DNA from: Octopus vulgaris
Lineage: Eukaryota
DNA: 64,000 nt
Direction: 5' to 3'
NCBI GenBank assembly: GCA_951406725.2
Contig: OX597815.1
Span: forward strand, 25,482,001 to 25,546,000
Shown: positions 12,003 through 24,100 of the stretch, one piece after another
How the letters are laid out: each line of letters starts with the position of its first letter
How positions within the stretch are numbered: the stretch's first letter is position 1
Notes under the pieces: generated by a model
What the model saw: only the letters and a program-made list of their open reading frames with translations
What the model was told of the DNA's origin: nothing
The model's database searches: none
Made by a program: the position numbers and the translations under genes

Positions 12003-12126
12003 ATGGCGGGCATGCATTTTGAGTATGACGAACAGGGAGGAACCTTTTATTATTTTTTACTCTCCTTTTGGTTTTTAGTTCTTTTTCCAGCTACATGTTA
12101 TCTGTGGCCTCGTAGTTCAAAGAAAG
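12003..12126 (+). CDS. SEC63: SEC63 exon 1 (TM1)
   Basis: aagATGG Kozak context; [13 protein letters not shown]...LWPRSSKK; donor G|GTCAGT. Confidence 0.95.
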
Positions 12127-15100
12127 GTCAGTTTACTCAATATACGTTTCATTATATTTTTTCCTTCAAACAAAACTCTTTAATCACACAACCCTTTCGA
12201 TACATACGTGTCAGTTAAGACATTTCAGTCACACATATTTTCTTATACCGAATATATGTCCTGTCTTATTTTTATTTTGCAACCTTTTATATAAGTCGTA
12301 TTTTAAATTGAAAATTTCAATGAATCTTCAACAAAAAAAATTTTTTTCTTAATATTTTACATAAAGCATTTTGTAATTTCTGCTGAGCGTTAATTCCATT
12401 TCCGTCTCGACATGCTTTTAATTCCACCCAAACAATGTTGAATGAATTACAGTTATAAATAATGATAATTACTCATTTACCCTTTCCCATAATTTAATAC
12501 CTTGTTGGAAATTTGTATTTATTATCTTAGTGGAACAATATGCCTGTATTTTTGTTTACGTTTGGCAACTGATCTGAATTAAAACTACTTGTTTTATATT
12601 ACTATTACAAATAAAATACTTGTTTACATTACTCTTACAAATAAAGTACTCAACGGATGGAAAGAATAATTTCTATGTACAAAGATCTCTGTCGTTTGAT
12701 TATACGATTTCTTAAATAGAATCTCAAAAGTCGTCTTTCTAGTCCAGAACCATATTAGAAAGTTTTTCCCACGGAGGACACGTCAGGATTTTAATCAATC
12801 GCTGGAAAATGTCAACAGCTGTGTTTATGAAAGCTATGGCTTTTTAAATATGTTGTTGTTAACTTGAGAACATTTGATTTAAAATTTAAAAAAAAAACGT
12901 GAAAAAGTGAACCTAGGGAATCTTTCATTAACTGAATCTATATTTCCGTGTTTACTGATCATAAGTTCTATGCTTATTTTTCGTCCCATTTTAATTATCC
13001 AATGTTTAATTAACGTTTTTATTACAGCGTAGATTTCTTCTAAAAAAGAAAAACACATACACCCGAACACGCAATAATTTATGTCGATAATTAAAGAAAA
13101 TTGAATCCGGCGTTTTCTAACGATTTAATTTTCACCATACAAAGAAATGGTGAATTTCATAAGTTAAACCGTGTATTTGAAAATACGTTTCGTTAATATA
13201 AATAAAAATCAGTAAATTTAATTACAGTTTATGATAATTTAATTAGTTGTTTTAATCCGGAAACTACATAAAAACAAACTTCTATGAAAGCTCAAAGGAG
13301 AGACTATCTTAATTTGTTCAGTTTACTTGGTGAAAAGTTTTGTTAAGTCTTAAGCGAATTGTCTACATCTTGGTGACGTTGAAGTTTATTTTACGACTTT
13401 TGCGTAGAGTTGAAGTTCAACAACTTTATATACACCCCGACTAAATTGACATCAGTCTTCTGTAAAGGTGCATATGTAAGATAAGACACCTACCTAAATT
13501 AATGGGATTCCAATCATCCTTATCTTGGGCTTTTTACAAAAAGGCTCGAGAGAAAGAATCTCGTGCATGATATGTTCAAACGCACCCAGACTGGTCAGGT
13601 TGATCTAGTTGATGTCTAACTTGAAATCTTATTGACTTGAAAATGTAGATAGACAGATTTCGGAATGTTGCATTTTTGGAAAGCAAGAGTTGTTCAGAGG
13701 ACCAAAAGAGCAGAGGGAGAAGATATTTTGGGGCTTCGTGTGTGTATTTGTGTTTGGGGGTAATGATGTTCTGTGGAGAGTGTGTTAACTGATTGTCTTG
13801 GCACTGACTTTGACAAACAGTTTTTGGCAATCTTAGATGCATTGTCACCATCAAGCATGGTTGGATTTTGGACCTTGTGTATACAAATTCTTTTGTAGTG
13901 AAAATGTTATTATGAAGGTTCATCTTCATTGAGAGACCTTTTATGTCAATGTTTAGTCTTGTAAGGTCGCTTTGACATTTAGTTAAATATTCGCTTGATA
14001 GAATGCAGTCTATGGTAGTGAAAATAGCACCACAGTATGTGAATTGATCACCCTCATCCAGAATTTTGACGTTCAATATGGGAAGGGCCTTTTTTTTTAA
14101 ATACAGAGTGCGATGTTTGCAAATAAAGTCTTTGTTTTAACTGCATTGATTTTCATGCCAACATGTATGGCTGATTTGACATAATTTTGTCCACATAGTT
14201 GTCGCCACTTATCGCATGGTTGTCAGCATAGCTTAAGTCAAATAGTGAAATCATGTTCCATAGTGGCACCGGGACAGTCCTCCAGATTTAGTAACTGTAC
14301 CGACTGGATCACTCTGTGATTCAGTCAACAGTTGAAGAGTAGTGGAGATAGAAAACATCCCTGCTGTACATGAGAACAAATTTTGAAGGAATCAGATTCT
14401 TCATCTTAACAGCGGACATTTGCTCATGTAGAGCTTGTTGAATTTCTTCCAACTAATTGAAGTTTTTCAAATTTTCATCAGATTATTTTTAAAAGTTACA
14501 AACATATATAATTTTAGCCAATTGTCAGTTTCCTTTTGGCAGCATATTTATGCTGATCTGCACACAAACTTTTACATGATTCTCGACCTGCTTAACATAG
14601 CAGCCAAATCTTCCTTAAACTTCAATGACGTCTAAAAAGCACAAAGGACGAAACATTGTGCCACAGCTCCGTTTATTTCCTCGCTTAAGGCAGGCCCAAG
14701 TGCTTTCTACTTGTTACAGAGGTAATTTTTGGTCGAGCTTATGACCCTCGCAACTTTCACTGGTTTTCACAGATCGATATTAAATAAACTTTCTGTTTGT
14801 TATCCCTATGATAAAATTGTAAACAAAGTATGGTGTTTAAGCTTTGTTTATAATTTTTGAATGTTGTAAGTATGATAATAGAGATTTAAATTCGGGTGGA
14901 GATTCATTTAATTTTAATAACACCCAACAAGTAGAAAACTCTTGGGCCTGCTTCAAGCGAGAAAATAGACTGTGCTGTATCACATTGTTTCGTATTTTGG
15001 GGTTTTTAGACATTATGTTATAGTTTAGGGAATATTTGGCTGCTATTTCTAGCAGGTCGAAGGTTTGTGTGTGTGTTGATCTCCATAGTAATGGAAATCA

Positions 15101-18100
15101 GCACAAACAATATCCTGCCAAACGAAAGCTTTCGATTGGCTAGAATTGCATAACTTTAAATGCTTGTAACTTTATTATTAATTCCTAGAAGAAATGAAAG
15201 TGGTTGGAAGAAATTTGACAGGATACAAAAGCTGTTGTGTGCTCTAATTAGATTCAGTAGCTTCACAAGTAATCCAACTGCACATATGAGATCTCAGGTG
15301 TGTGTGTGCTGCAGTTAAAAGAATCAAAGGCTGCTGCAAATGGTTTGCTATTGCTATCTTCAACATTGTTCTAGAATCCTCTTGAAGGTGAACAGTTGAT
15401 ATATACAATCTCAGCTCCTATAAAAACCATACTGATTTGGTTACTGGTTGACTCCATGTTGGAATCTTGGAAGGCCACAATGTCTTTCCACTTGATCCCT
15501 TTATCTATGAACCTTGAGCCTTCAGTGCTTGACCTAGTTTCTACAAAATCTTGGGGTAGTCTTATACTCACTTTTTAAATAGGGTCATCTTGTACACAGT
15601 CATATTGTATGCTGGCACATGGCCTAGTGGTTAGACAGGCGGTCGAGGGATCATGGGTTCGAATCTCAGACCGGGTGGTGTGTGTTTATGAGCGAAAACA
15701 CCTAAGTTCCACGCGGCTCCGGCAGAAGGTAATGGCAGAACTTATGCTGACTCTTTCGCCACAACTTTCTCTCACTCTTTCCTCCTGCATCTTGCAGCCC
15801 ACCTGCAACGGACTGGCGCCCCGTCCAGGTGGGGAACCTATACGCCAAGGAAACCAGCCCTTGTGAGCCAGGCATGGCTCGAGAAGGAACAACACATATA
15901 CAGTAGTTGCCAGCATTCACTGGGTGTGTACTGCTTTGTTATCTTCAAAGCTGGTTTTAAGCTTGGCCAGAGATCCCTGTAGCTACAAATTTTCCCCAAG
16001 TATCAAGTGCTTAATCACCATTCAATCATGACCACTTTTGCCTTCTGAATCCATTGTGTTTACTCTTTTACTGATTTTGTGTCCAGCTCCAAATTCCTCA
16101 TCATTGTCAGATTGATTCCCTTCAACAATTTTTGTCCAAAAGGTGCCTTCATTAGTTCAGTTATGCCTTTTGTCAACAGGCAAACTTGCAGGACAGTGTA
16201 AGTAGTGAAGTGAGCAACTCAAAATAAGGATTATTATGGTCAAGGTGTATCTAGAATCTATTTTTGGTCCTAGCATATATATGTTGTCCACCCTTTGCAT
16301 CATGACTAACAGATGATCTCAATGTTAGGTGCCCATGATACCAAGTGTGGTTGGCTTGTGTATGTGATACTTTAAATTTACTGGGTCCAGCTTATTCAGC
16401 TCATCCTGGATGAACGTTGATACATGTGCAAGTATACTCATTTAACTTTTCAATATATTTCCCTCTAAATCCTGTGCCTATGAAACAAGCTTTACTATTA
16501 TATTAAATGAATAAGCCAAATGTTTTAATGATGCAACAGAAATTGTTTGGAATGTGTATAGATGGTATCAAGATGTATTTATTGTTTCAGAAATAATAAA
16601 ATTTGGAGTATTTTAATCAATATTTACTATTTTTGTATAGTAAAAAGGCTAAATGGACTTAAAGAAATTTTCTTTCGCTACAAAGTTGTAATTGTGACCC
16701 AGTGTAAAAGAGCCATTACTATTTTTGTACACCATTGCTACCATTTCCCCATTTGATGCAATTAACTGAAAATCTGAACTTTTTAGCAATTAATTTGAAT
16801 GCTAAGCATATGGCATATCTCTAACTTGTCATTTGCTGAACAGGCTGCAGGTTGTATAAAAAATGCAGTATGGAAACCTTCACATACAGTAGTACATAAG
16901 GCAATTTATTTCTGATTTTACTCACTACCCTAGTGAGTAACAGCTGAAATCATTGGTGCGGGTGTGGATAGGCATAGATATGGTTGTGGTTAAGAAATTC
17001 ACTTTGCAGCCATGTAGTTTCAGGTTCATTTCCACTACCCAACACCTTATCCTCTACTAGAGGTCTGAGCCACCCACAGCCAACTTTGTGAGTAGATTTG
17101 GTTGACGGGAGCTGATAGCAGCCAGTTGTATATGTCTGCTTCTCCTTGTCTTTATATCATGTGCTTGTCAACGAACGTCACGATGATGGAAATGGTGTTT
17201 CTTGATAATTCCATGAAATCATGTCCAAACCACTATGTTGCTCATGTTTAAAGGATGAGGGGAAATATCTTTCTTGGAAACTGGTGAGGGTTGGTGACAG
17301 GGAAAGCACTTGACCAGTGGTAATCTGCTTCAACAATTTTTATTTGGTCCATGCAAATATGGAAAAGTGTATAGCAAAATGATAATGGTGAATAATGCAT
17401 ATTCTTTTACTGATCTCAGTCATTGGATCTTTATGTTTTACTTGTTTCAGTCATTGGACTGGCCATGCTGGGGCACTGCCTTGAAGGGGTTTTAATTAAA
17501 GGAATCAACCCCTAGTGTTTATTTTTAAAGCCTACTTATTCCGTCTTTCTCTTATCCTAAACTACTAAGTTAAGGGGATGTAAACAAACTGACACTGGTT
17601 GTCAAGTGGTGCTGTGGCACACACATACACACATGCTGGGTTTCTTTCAGTTTCCACTTACCAAATCCACTTCCAAGGCATTGGTTGAATTGGGGCTATA
17701 GTAGAAGACGCCCAAAATACCATACAATGGGACTGAACCTGGAGGCATGTGGTTGGGAAGCCATCTTCATACCACACAGCCATGCCTGCTCCTATATACT
17801 TGGGTATCCACTTCAAATATTTTTACTTGGTCATATCAGTATACTTCAATCTGCTATATATATCAATCTATTTGTTGAACTGCTAAGTTACTGGACATAA
17901 AGTGGCATCAACATTGGTTTGCATGCATGCCTACATGCACATGACAAAATTCTGCACAATTCTGGCTGAGGACAGCTGTGTGAAGAAGTGATGATCTCTA
18001 TCGGTGGCAGGAACCTGTAGAAGTAGACCCAGGAAGACATGGGATGAGGTGGTGAAGCATGATTTTTGAACGTTGGGCCTCATAGAGGCAATGACAAATG

Positions 18101-21100
18101 ACTGAGACCTTTGGCGATATGCTGTGCTTGAGAAGACCTGTCAAGCTGATGCCAGTGTTGTGTAACTGGGACCTGTGCCAGTGGCATGTAAAAAGCACCC
18201 TTTGAACGTTAGGCCCCACAGAGGCAATGACAAGTGACCAAGACTTTGGCAATATACCACATTTGAGAAGACTTGTCAAGGCAAGTGAGAGCATAGTCAT
18301 AGCTGATGTTATGTAACTGTCACCCATACCAGTGGTATGTAAAAAGCACCCACTACACTCTTGTAGTGGTTGGCATTAGGAAGGGCATTCAGCCATAGAA
18401 ACCATGCCAAATCAGATTGGAATCTGGTGTGGCTTACCAGTTCTCAGTCAAACATTCCAGCCCATGCCAGCATGGAAAGCAGACGTTAAATGACAATGAT
18501 GATGATGATGAACCTGAAGCTGTAATTGAAGACATCTGTTGTGGGTGCAATGCAGTGGGCTCAAACATGGTTGCAAAGTGAACTTCTTAACAACACAGCC
18601 TTGTTTGCATCTATGGAAAGAGAAATTTTTTTTGTCTTACTTATTTATTAATTTTTTAATTACCAATGTGTCCTGTATGTCTTCTGAAATTGTGGCAGAA
18701 TGGAACAGCGATGCACATACTTTATTTGATTTAGTATTTCTTTCCAATTGTAGATAGTGCTAGTGATACCGAGAAAAAGTGTATATGCCCTCCATGCAGA
18801 GAAAAACAAAGACAATTAAAAGTCAATGAACCATGGACAAAAGCCAAGCAGAAGGGGATGTAAGTTTCTACTTTATTTTGTCTTTTTGCTTTTTTTATCC
18901 TATTCTGTGCAGTTTAAGTTGGATAAGTCTAAAAATTTAGACACTTGTATAAATTGTTTGAGATCATGTAGAAATGCAAAAATACCTCATTTCTTTTTCT
19001 TTAAGTTTCATTAGTCTGTAGGAAGTGACTGTGTCCAAAGCCTTCAAGACTGGGTGATATTGATGCAGTTATGGTTACTCTTGGCTAGTTACAAATAACA
19101 ACTGCAGGGACAACAGGAGCAGCAAGGAAGTTTGAGAGTGATGACGTCTGGAGAAGGAGAGTTGTGTGTAGTGGTTTGTATGGAGCCTGGAGTAAATGTG
19201 TAATGGCAGGCACAGGCTGAATGCTGAGAGGGACAGAGATGAATGTATCAGGAGTGTCTAAGAAGTGGCATGAAATCAGCCAGTACTAAAGAGTAGGTCA
19301 TTGTAGGAGTAAGAGAGAAAGCAGACATCATCATCATCATCATCATCATCATTTAGCGTCCGCTTTCCATGCTAGCATGGGTTGGACGGTTCAACTGGGG
19401 TCTGTGAAGCCAGAAGGCTGCATCAGGCCCAGTCTGATCTGGCAGTCTTTCTACAGCTGGATGCCCTTCCTAACGCCAACCACTCCGTGAGTGTAGTGGG
19501 TGCTTTTTCCGTGCCAGACGGAGCTGGCAAATGACCACGAACGGATGGTGCTTTTACGTACCACCGGCACGGGGGCCAGGCCAGGCTGGCAACGGACACG
19601 AACGGATGGTGCTTTTTACGATACACTCTGAACTGAATTTTAAGATTGAGTGTATACTCGACAGAGTGTAAGTCGTTGCCAGTACTGCCTGACTGGCGCC
19701 CGTGCTGGTGGTACGTAAAAAGCACCCACTACACTCTCGGAGTGGTTGGCGTTAGGAAGGGCATTCAGCTATAGAAACTCTGCCAGATCAAGATTGGAGC
19801 CTGGTGCAGCCATCTGGTTCGCCAGCCCTCAGTCAAAATTGTCCAACCCATGCTAGCATGGAAAGCGGATGTTAAACAATGATGATGATGATGACAACAA
19901 TTGACTTGTAGTTGGCCTCTCCTTAGGATGTAAGGCTTTGAGTGCTCTCTGCCAGGACCTGATCTCACCTGCCCCTCTTAGGCTGGCCAATAAGGGGTAT
20001 GCAATTCTACCTGTTTCACAGTCTATCTAATTTCCCCTCATCACTCTGTTACTTTGTCTATGTTATTTACTACCATTAATTTAAAAGCTAAGTCTAGACC
20101 TATGTACATTCAAGTAACCCAGTTCAGTTGTAACTTAATGAGATGTAAACATGTATTATTAAATTATCTCTTATATGTAATGTTTTGGCTGGCATATGTA
20201 GCCAGCAATAGTTCCTTTATCTCTGTTGTCTTTAACCCTTTAGTATTTAAACAGGCCCAAATATTCTACCTGCTTTATGTTCTAACTAGTCAGATCCAAC
20301 CTATCACACTTACCCTTCAATGCCATTCTAGAAATATACAATCTCATAATGAAAACTTATAGTTATAAAATAAAGCATGATTAATTATAAACAATGTCAA
20401 TAAAAAAAATATTACATTTGATAAAATAATCTGAATACGAAAGGGTTAACCCTTTAGTATTTAAACCGGCCATATCCGGCCAAAATAGCTAATCTATTTT
20501 ATGTTCAAACTGACCAGATCCAGGCTCTCGCACCTACCCTACAATGTTATTCTACATTAAGTAATTACACCATCAAGATCTTGAAGATATGAGATAATGC
20601 ATGATTAATTCAAATCAATGGGAATCAATAGGCATTATGTTTGATTGAATAATCTGAACACTAAAGGGTTAAGGAATTCATGATACAACTCTTCATGATT
20701 CTTACCCCAGTTTCCCTATTCAGTCGATGTCACATCATTTGTCATCTCCCTGCTATTTTCTAATATTTTGGTCTTTATCTTACTTAAATGACATATTGAA
20801 AGAAATATTTTTTCTCTTGTTTTTCAGTAACATTGGACTTGCTATGGGATGGATTGTTTTCTTCTTGTTACTTTACAAAGTTTCAATGAGCCAGATGGAT
20901 TATGTTGAGTATGATCCTTTCACTGAGTTGAGTGTTGACAGGGTGAGTTTACAGCCTCATTATTGTTTTAATATCTAGTTTTCCCTGCTTACATGGGTTG
21001 AATGGAATTTGTTGACATAAATTTTATTCTACCGGATGCCTTTCATCATCATCATCATCTTCGTTTAGCGTCCGCTTTCCATGCTAGCATGGGTTGGACG

Positions 21101-24100
21101 GTTCAACTGGGGTCTGGGAAGCCAGAAGGCTGCACCAGGCCCAGTCTGATCTGGCAATGTTTCTACGGCTGGATGCCCTTCCTAACACCAACCACTCCAT
21201 GAGTGTAGTGGGTGCTTTTTACATGCCACCGGCACAGGTGCCAGACAAGGCTGGCAAACGGCCACGATCAGATGGTGCTTCCTGTCACTAACCTTTACCT
21301 GTTTGCAAATAAGGTATTGTATCTCCATGGCAAGACATGTTTTTATAGCTGACTGGAAATGAAGGTCACTACTTGTGTATTGGTGTTGATCATTTACAAC
21401 TATCAAGTGATGTCAAGACAAGGAGACATGCACATAATGAGCTTCTTTCAGATTCTGTTTGCCAAATACACTCACAAGGCTTTAGTAAGCCAGGTGAGAT
21501 AGTAAAAGACTCTTGCCCAAGGTACCTTGCACTATGACTTAATCTGAGAAGCAAGCTACTCAACCATGCAGCTATATGCAACTTCAAATTTTCTATGTCT
21601 TCAACCCAGAACTACTCATTGCATTTAGTATATTTACAGCTGTTCTTTTTTTTCTGTTTCACATGCATGTTTGTACACTTTGTAGCTTTTGCAATTATAC
21701 ACTGTTATAATTACTAGTGTCTCAAAAGTAATTTGTTTGATGCTTAACAAACAATTGGGTGGCTTCTGCAATCAGTCCTCTAAATACCAATTTTAATTAA
21801 CATTTTAATTAGTTATGTGAATAATATTGCAATATATTGTAAAACGTTTTCTTGTGTTAAGTATGCCAAACAGCCTTTTAAATTAACCACTAATACATTT
21901 TTAGTATGCAGGTCTGACCCTTCTTCTATTATCTGTTAATACATTTAGCTGTAAAATGCACTTCTGTAGCTAAAACAAAATTCTAAATTAGCAGCTATAT
22001 AGAATATCAATCTAAATAAATTAGCTATACGTCCTTCATGCAGAATGCATCCCTAGGAAATTTTCCAGCGTCATTATTTTAAATTGCTTCATCAATAAAT
22101 AACTTTCACACAAAAATTATACTCACTCTAATCATTCTCAGAGCTGATAAAACTAAAATATTCTGGTTTGTCACTGAAACTGCCAAAAAAAAAACCCCCA
22201 AAAGAACAAAACAGACTCACTCTTTAAGTTACATTTGGAGTTATCTCCCTTCTTTTTTAATAAAAAAAAATTATAATCATTACTGTTTTTTTACCTCTCA
22301 ACTTTCAGTTAATCAAGAATATTTTTTGATTCTTCATTATGTTTGCCCACACTTAACTATAAATATAGTTATTACCCAAGTTTTGAGCCATTGAAAGCTG
22401 CTATTAACCAGTTGCTAGTTTAAGTCTGTTAAATAACTTTCTTGGTTTCTTTTGTCAACTAATCACACCATTTTAATGAATTTTTATTAGTTTGGGAGTT
22501 AATGATTTAGACACCCCTTTGATTTTCTCGAAAATGATGATTTGGTACTTCTCTAACAAATAGAATTGAGGTGGGTGCTTCAAATTCTATTGATTACTAG
22601 ACCAAGCTCACTGGGCATTGTTAATTGCATTGTGTATTACCTGAGTGTTTTTCTTTTTGTGAAATAAGTAAGAAAACTTAAGGAGGATATTTTATTGCTG
22701 TTCCAAAGATTAGCAAGTATGGAAAATATTTGCCTAGATTACTTCATTACACTGTTGCCAGCCTCGCCTGGCCTCCGTGCCGGTGGCACGTAGAAAGCAC
22801 CTTCCGAGCATGGCCGTTCGCCAGCCTCGTCTGGCACCTGTGTTGGTGGCACATAAAAAGCACCGACTACACTCACGGAGTGGTTGGCGTTAGGAAGGGC
22901 ATCCGGCTGTAGAAACTCTGCCAGATCAAGATTGAAGCCTGGTGCAGCCATCTGGTTCGCCAGCCCTCAGTCATTCATCCAACCCATGCTAGCATGGAAA
23001 GCGGATGTTGAACGATGATGATGGTGATGTGCATTGGGCTCTCTCTGACTCACCCTCTATCAATTCTGATGTGGCATAAACTTTAATTATGTCCCTGAAA
23101 GTCTTCATCTCTATCTCTTATTATAAAAGGCAGATTTTATCTGCCTCCCTTTGTCTCTTATAGAAATCTACAATATAGGATTTCTTCAATTACAATTTAC
23201 CTAGCATTTTTAAGAGTAGAATGCATCGGGTTTTGCCAGGTCCACTTTTTAAAATTTCAACCCCAATTAAGCAAAATTTAGAAAACTCACATTGTGGTGT
23301 ATGAGTCAAATGCTTCTCTTAGTGTGGTCTACAGCACACGCACACACAGAGTGTGCAACGAATAAAGTGAAAGTAATTCACTGTGTGTGTGTTGACAGGT
23401 AGACAATAGAATGCGATGGCGATGTAATATTTGTTTCTATCTATGACGCTGATAGATACATGAGTAAAATGTATGGGAAGCTAAGAGATAAGAGTGAGTG
23501 AAAATGTTCTTGGAAGAGAGTAAATAGCGAGAGAGTGATTTGAGGAAGACTTTACATTAAATAACCGTAGTGGCTTGTCAAATGAAGAGGAGTGAAAGGG
23601 TACTGGAGGAAATAGGGTGAGTGAGGAAGATGGCTCCTAGCAACCACACCTTTTAAGATTTCTAAGGTAGCCCACGAGCATCGTCACCTCATTCTACATG
23701 TCCCTGTAAATTTTGGAGCGAATCGGACGGGATAAAGTTATCTCTAAGAAACAGAAAGATCGCCCAAAAGTGTATATAGATATTTAAATCATCATCATCA
23801 GCGCGCGTCTACGATGAGTCTATGATTTTACAAATAATTTACCATCATTTTTTTCCATTTTAATGCATATTTTTTTTAATAAAGGGAAGTAACTCTCAAA
23901 CTTCACACCAATATGCGACGTAATATCACATCAGCAGCATTTCCTCACACCCTCCTTGCACTTGGCAAAGGCAAAATACCAGGGGATGAAAATGGTAATA
24001 TTGCCATCGATTCCATTTGTGACATTGTTAAGACACCTTCTGATCTCAGAGATGCAGTGTTCCCAGATCTACAAGCTAATTATCAGAATATGGATTGGAT

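Noticed and set aside
13576-14076. 166-aa minus-strand ORF
   Set aside because: Looks like a heavily decayed RTE-type RT fragment (DQFTYCGA); no splice signals or coherent domain
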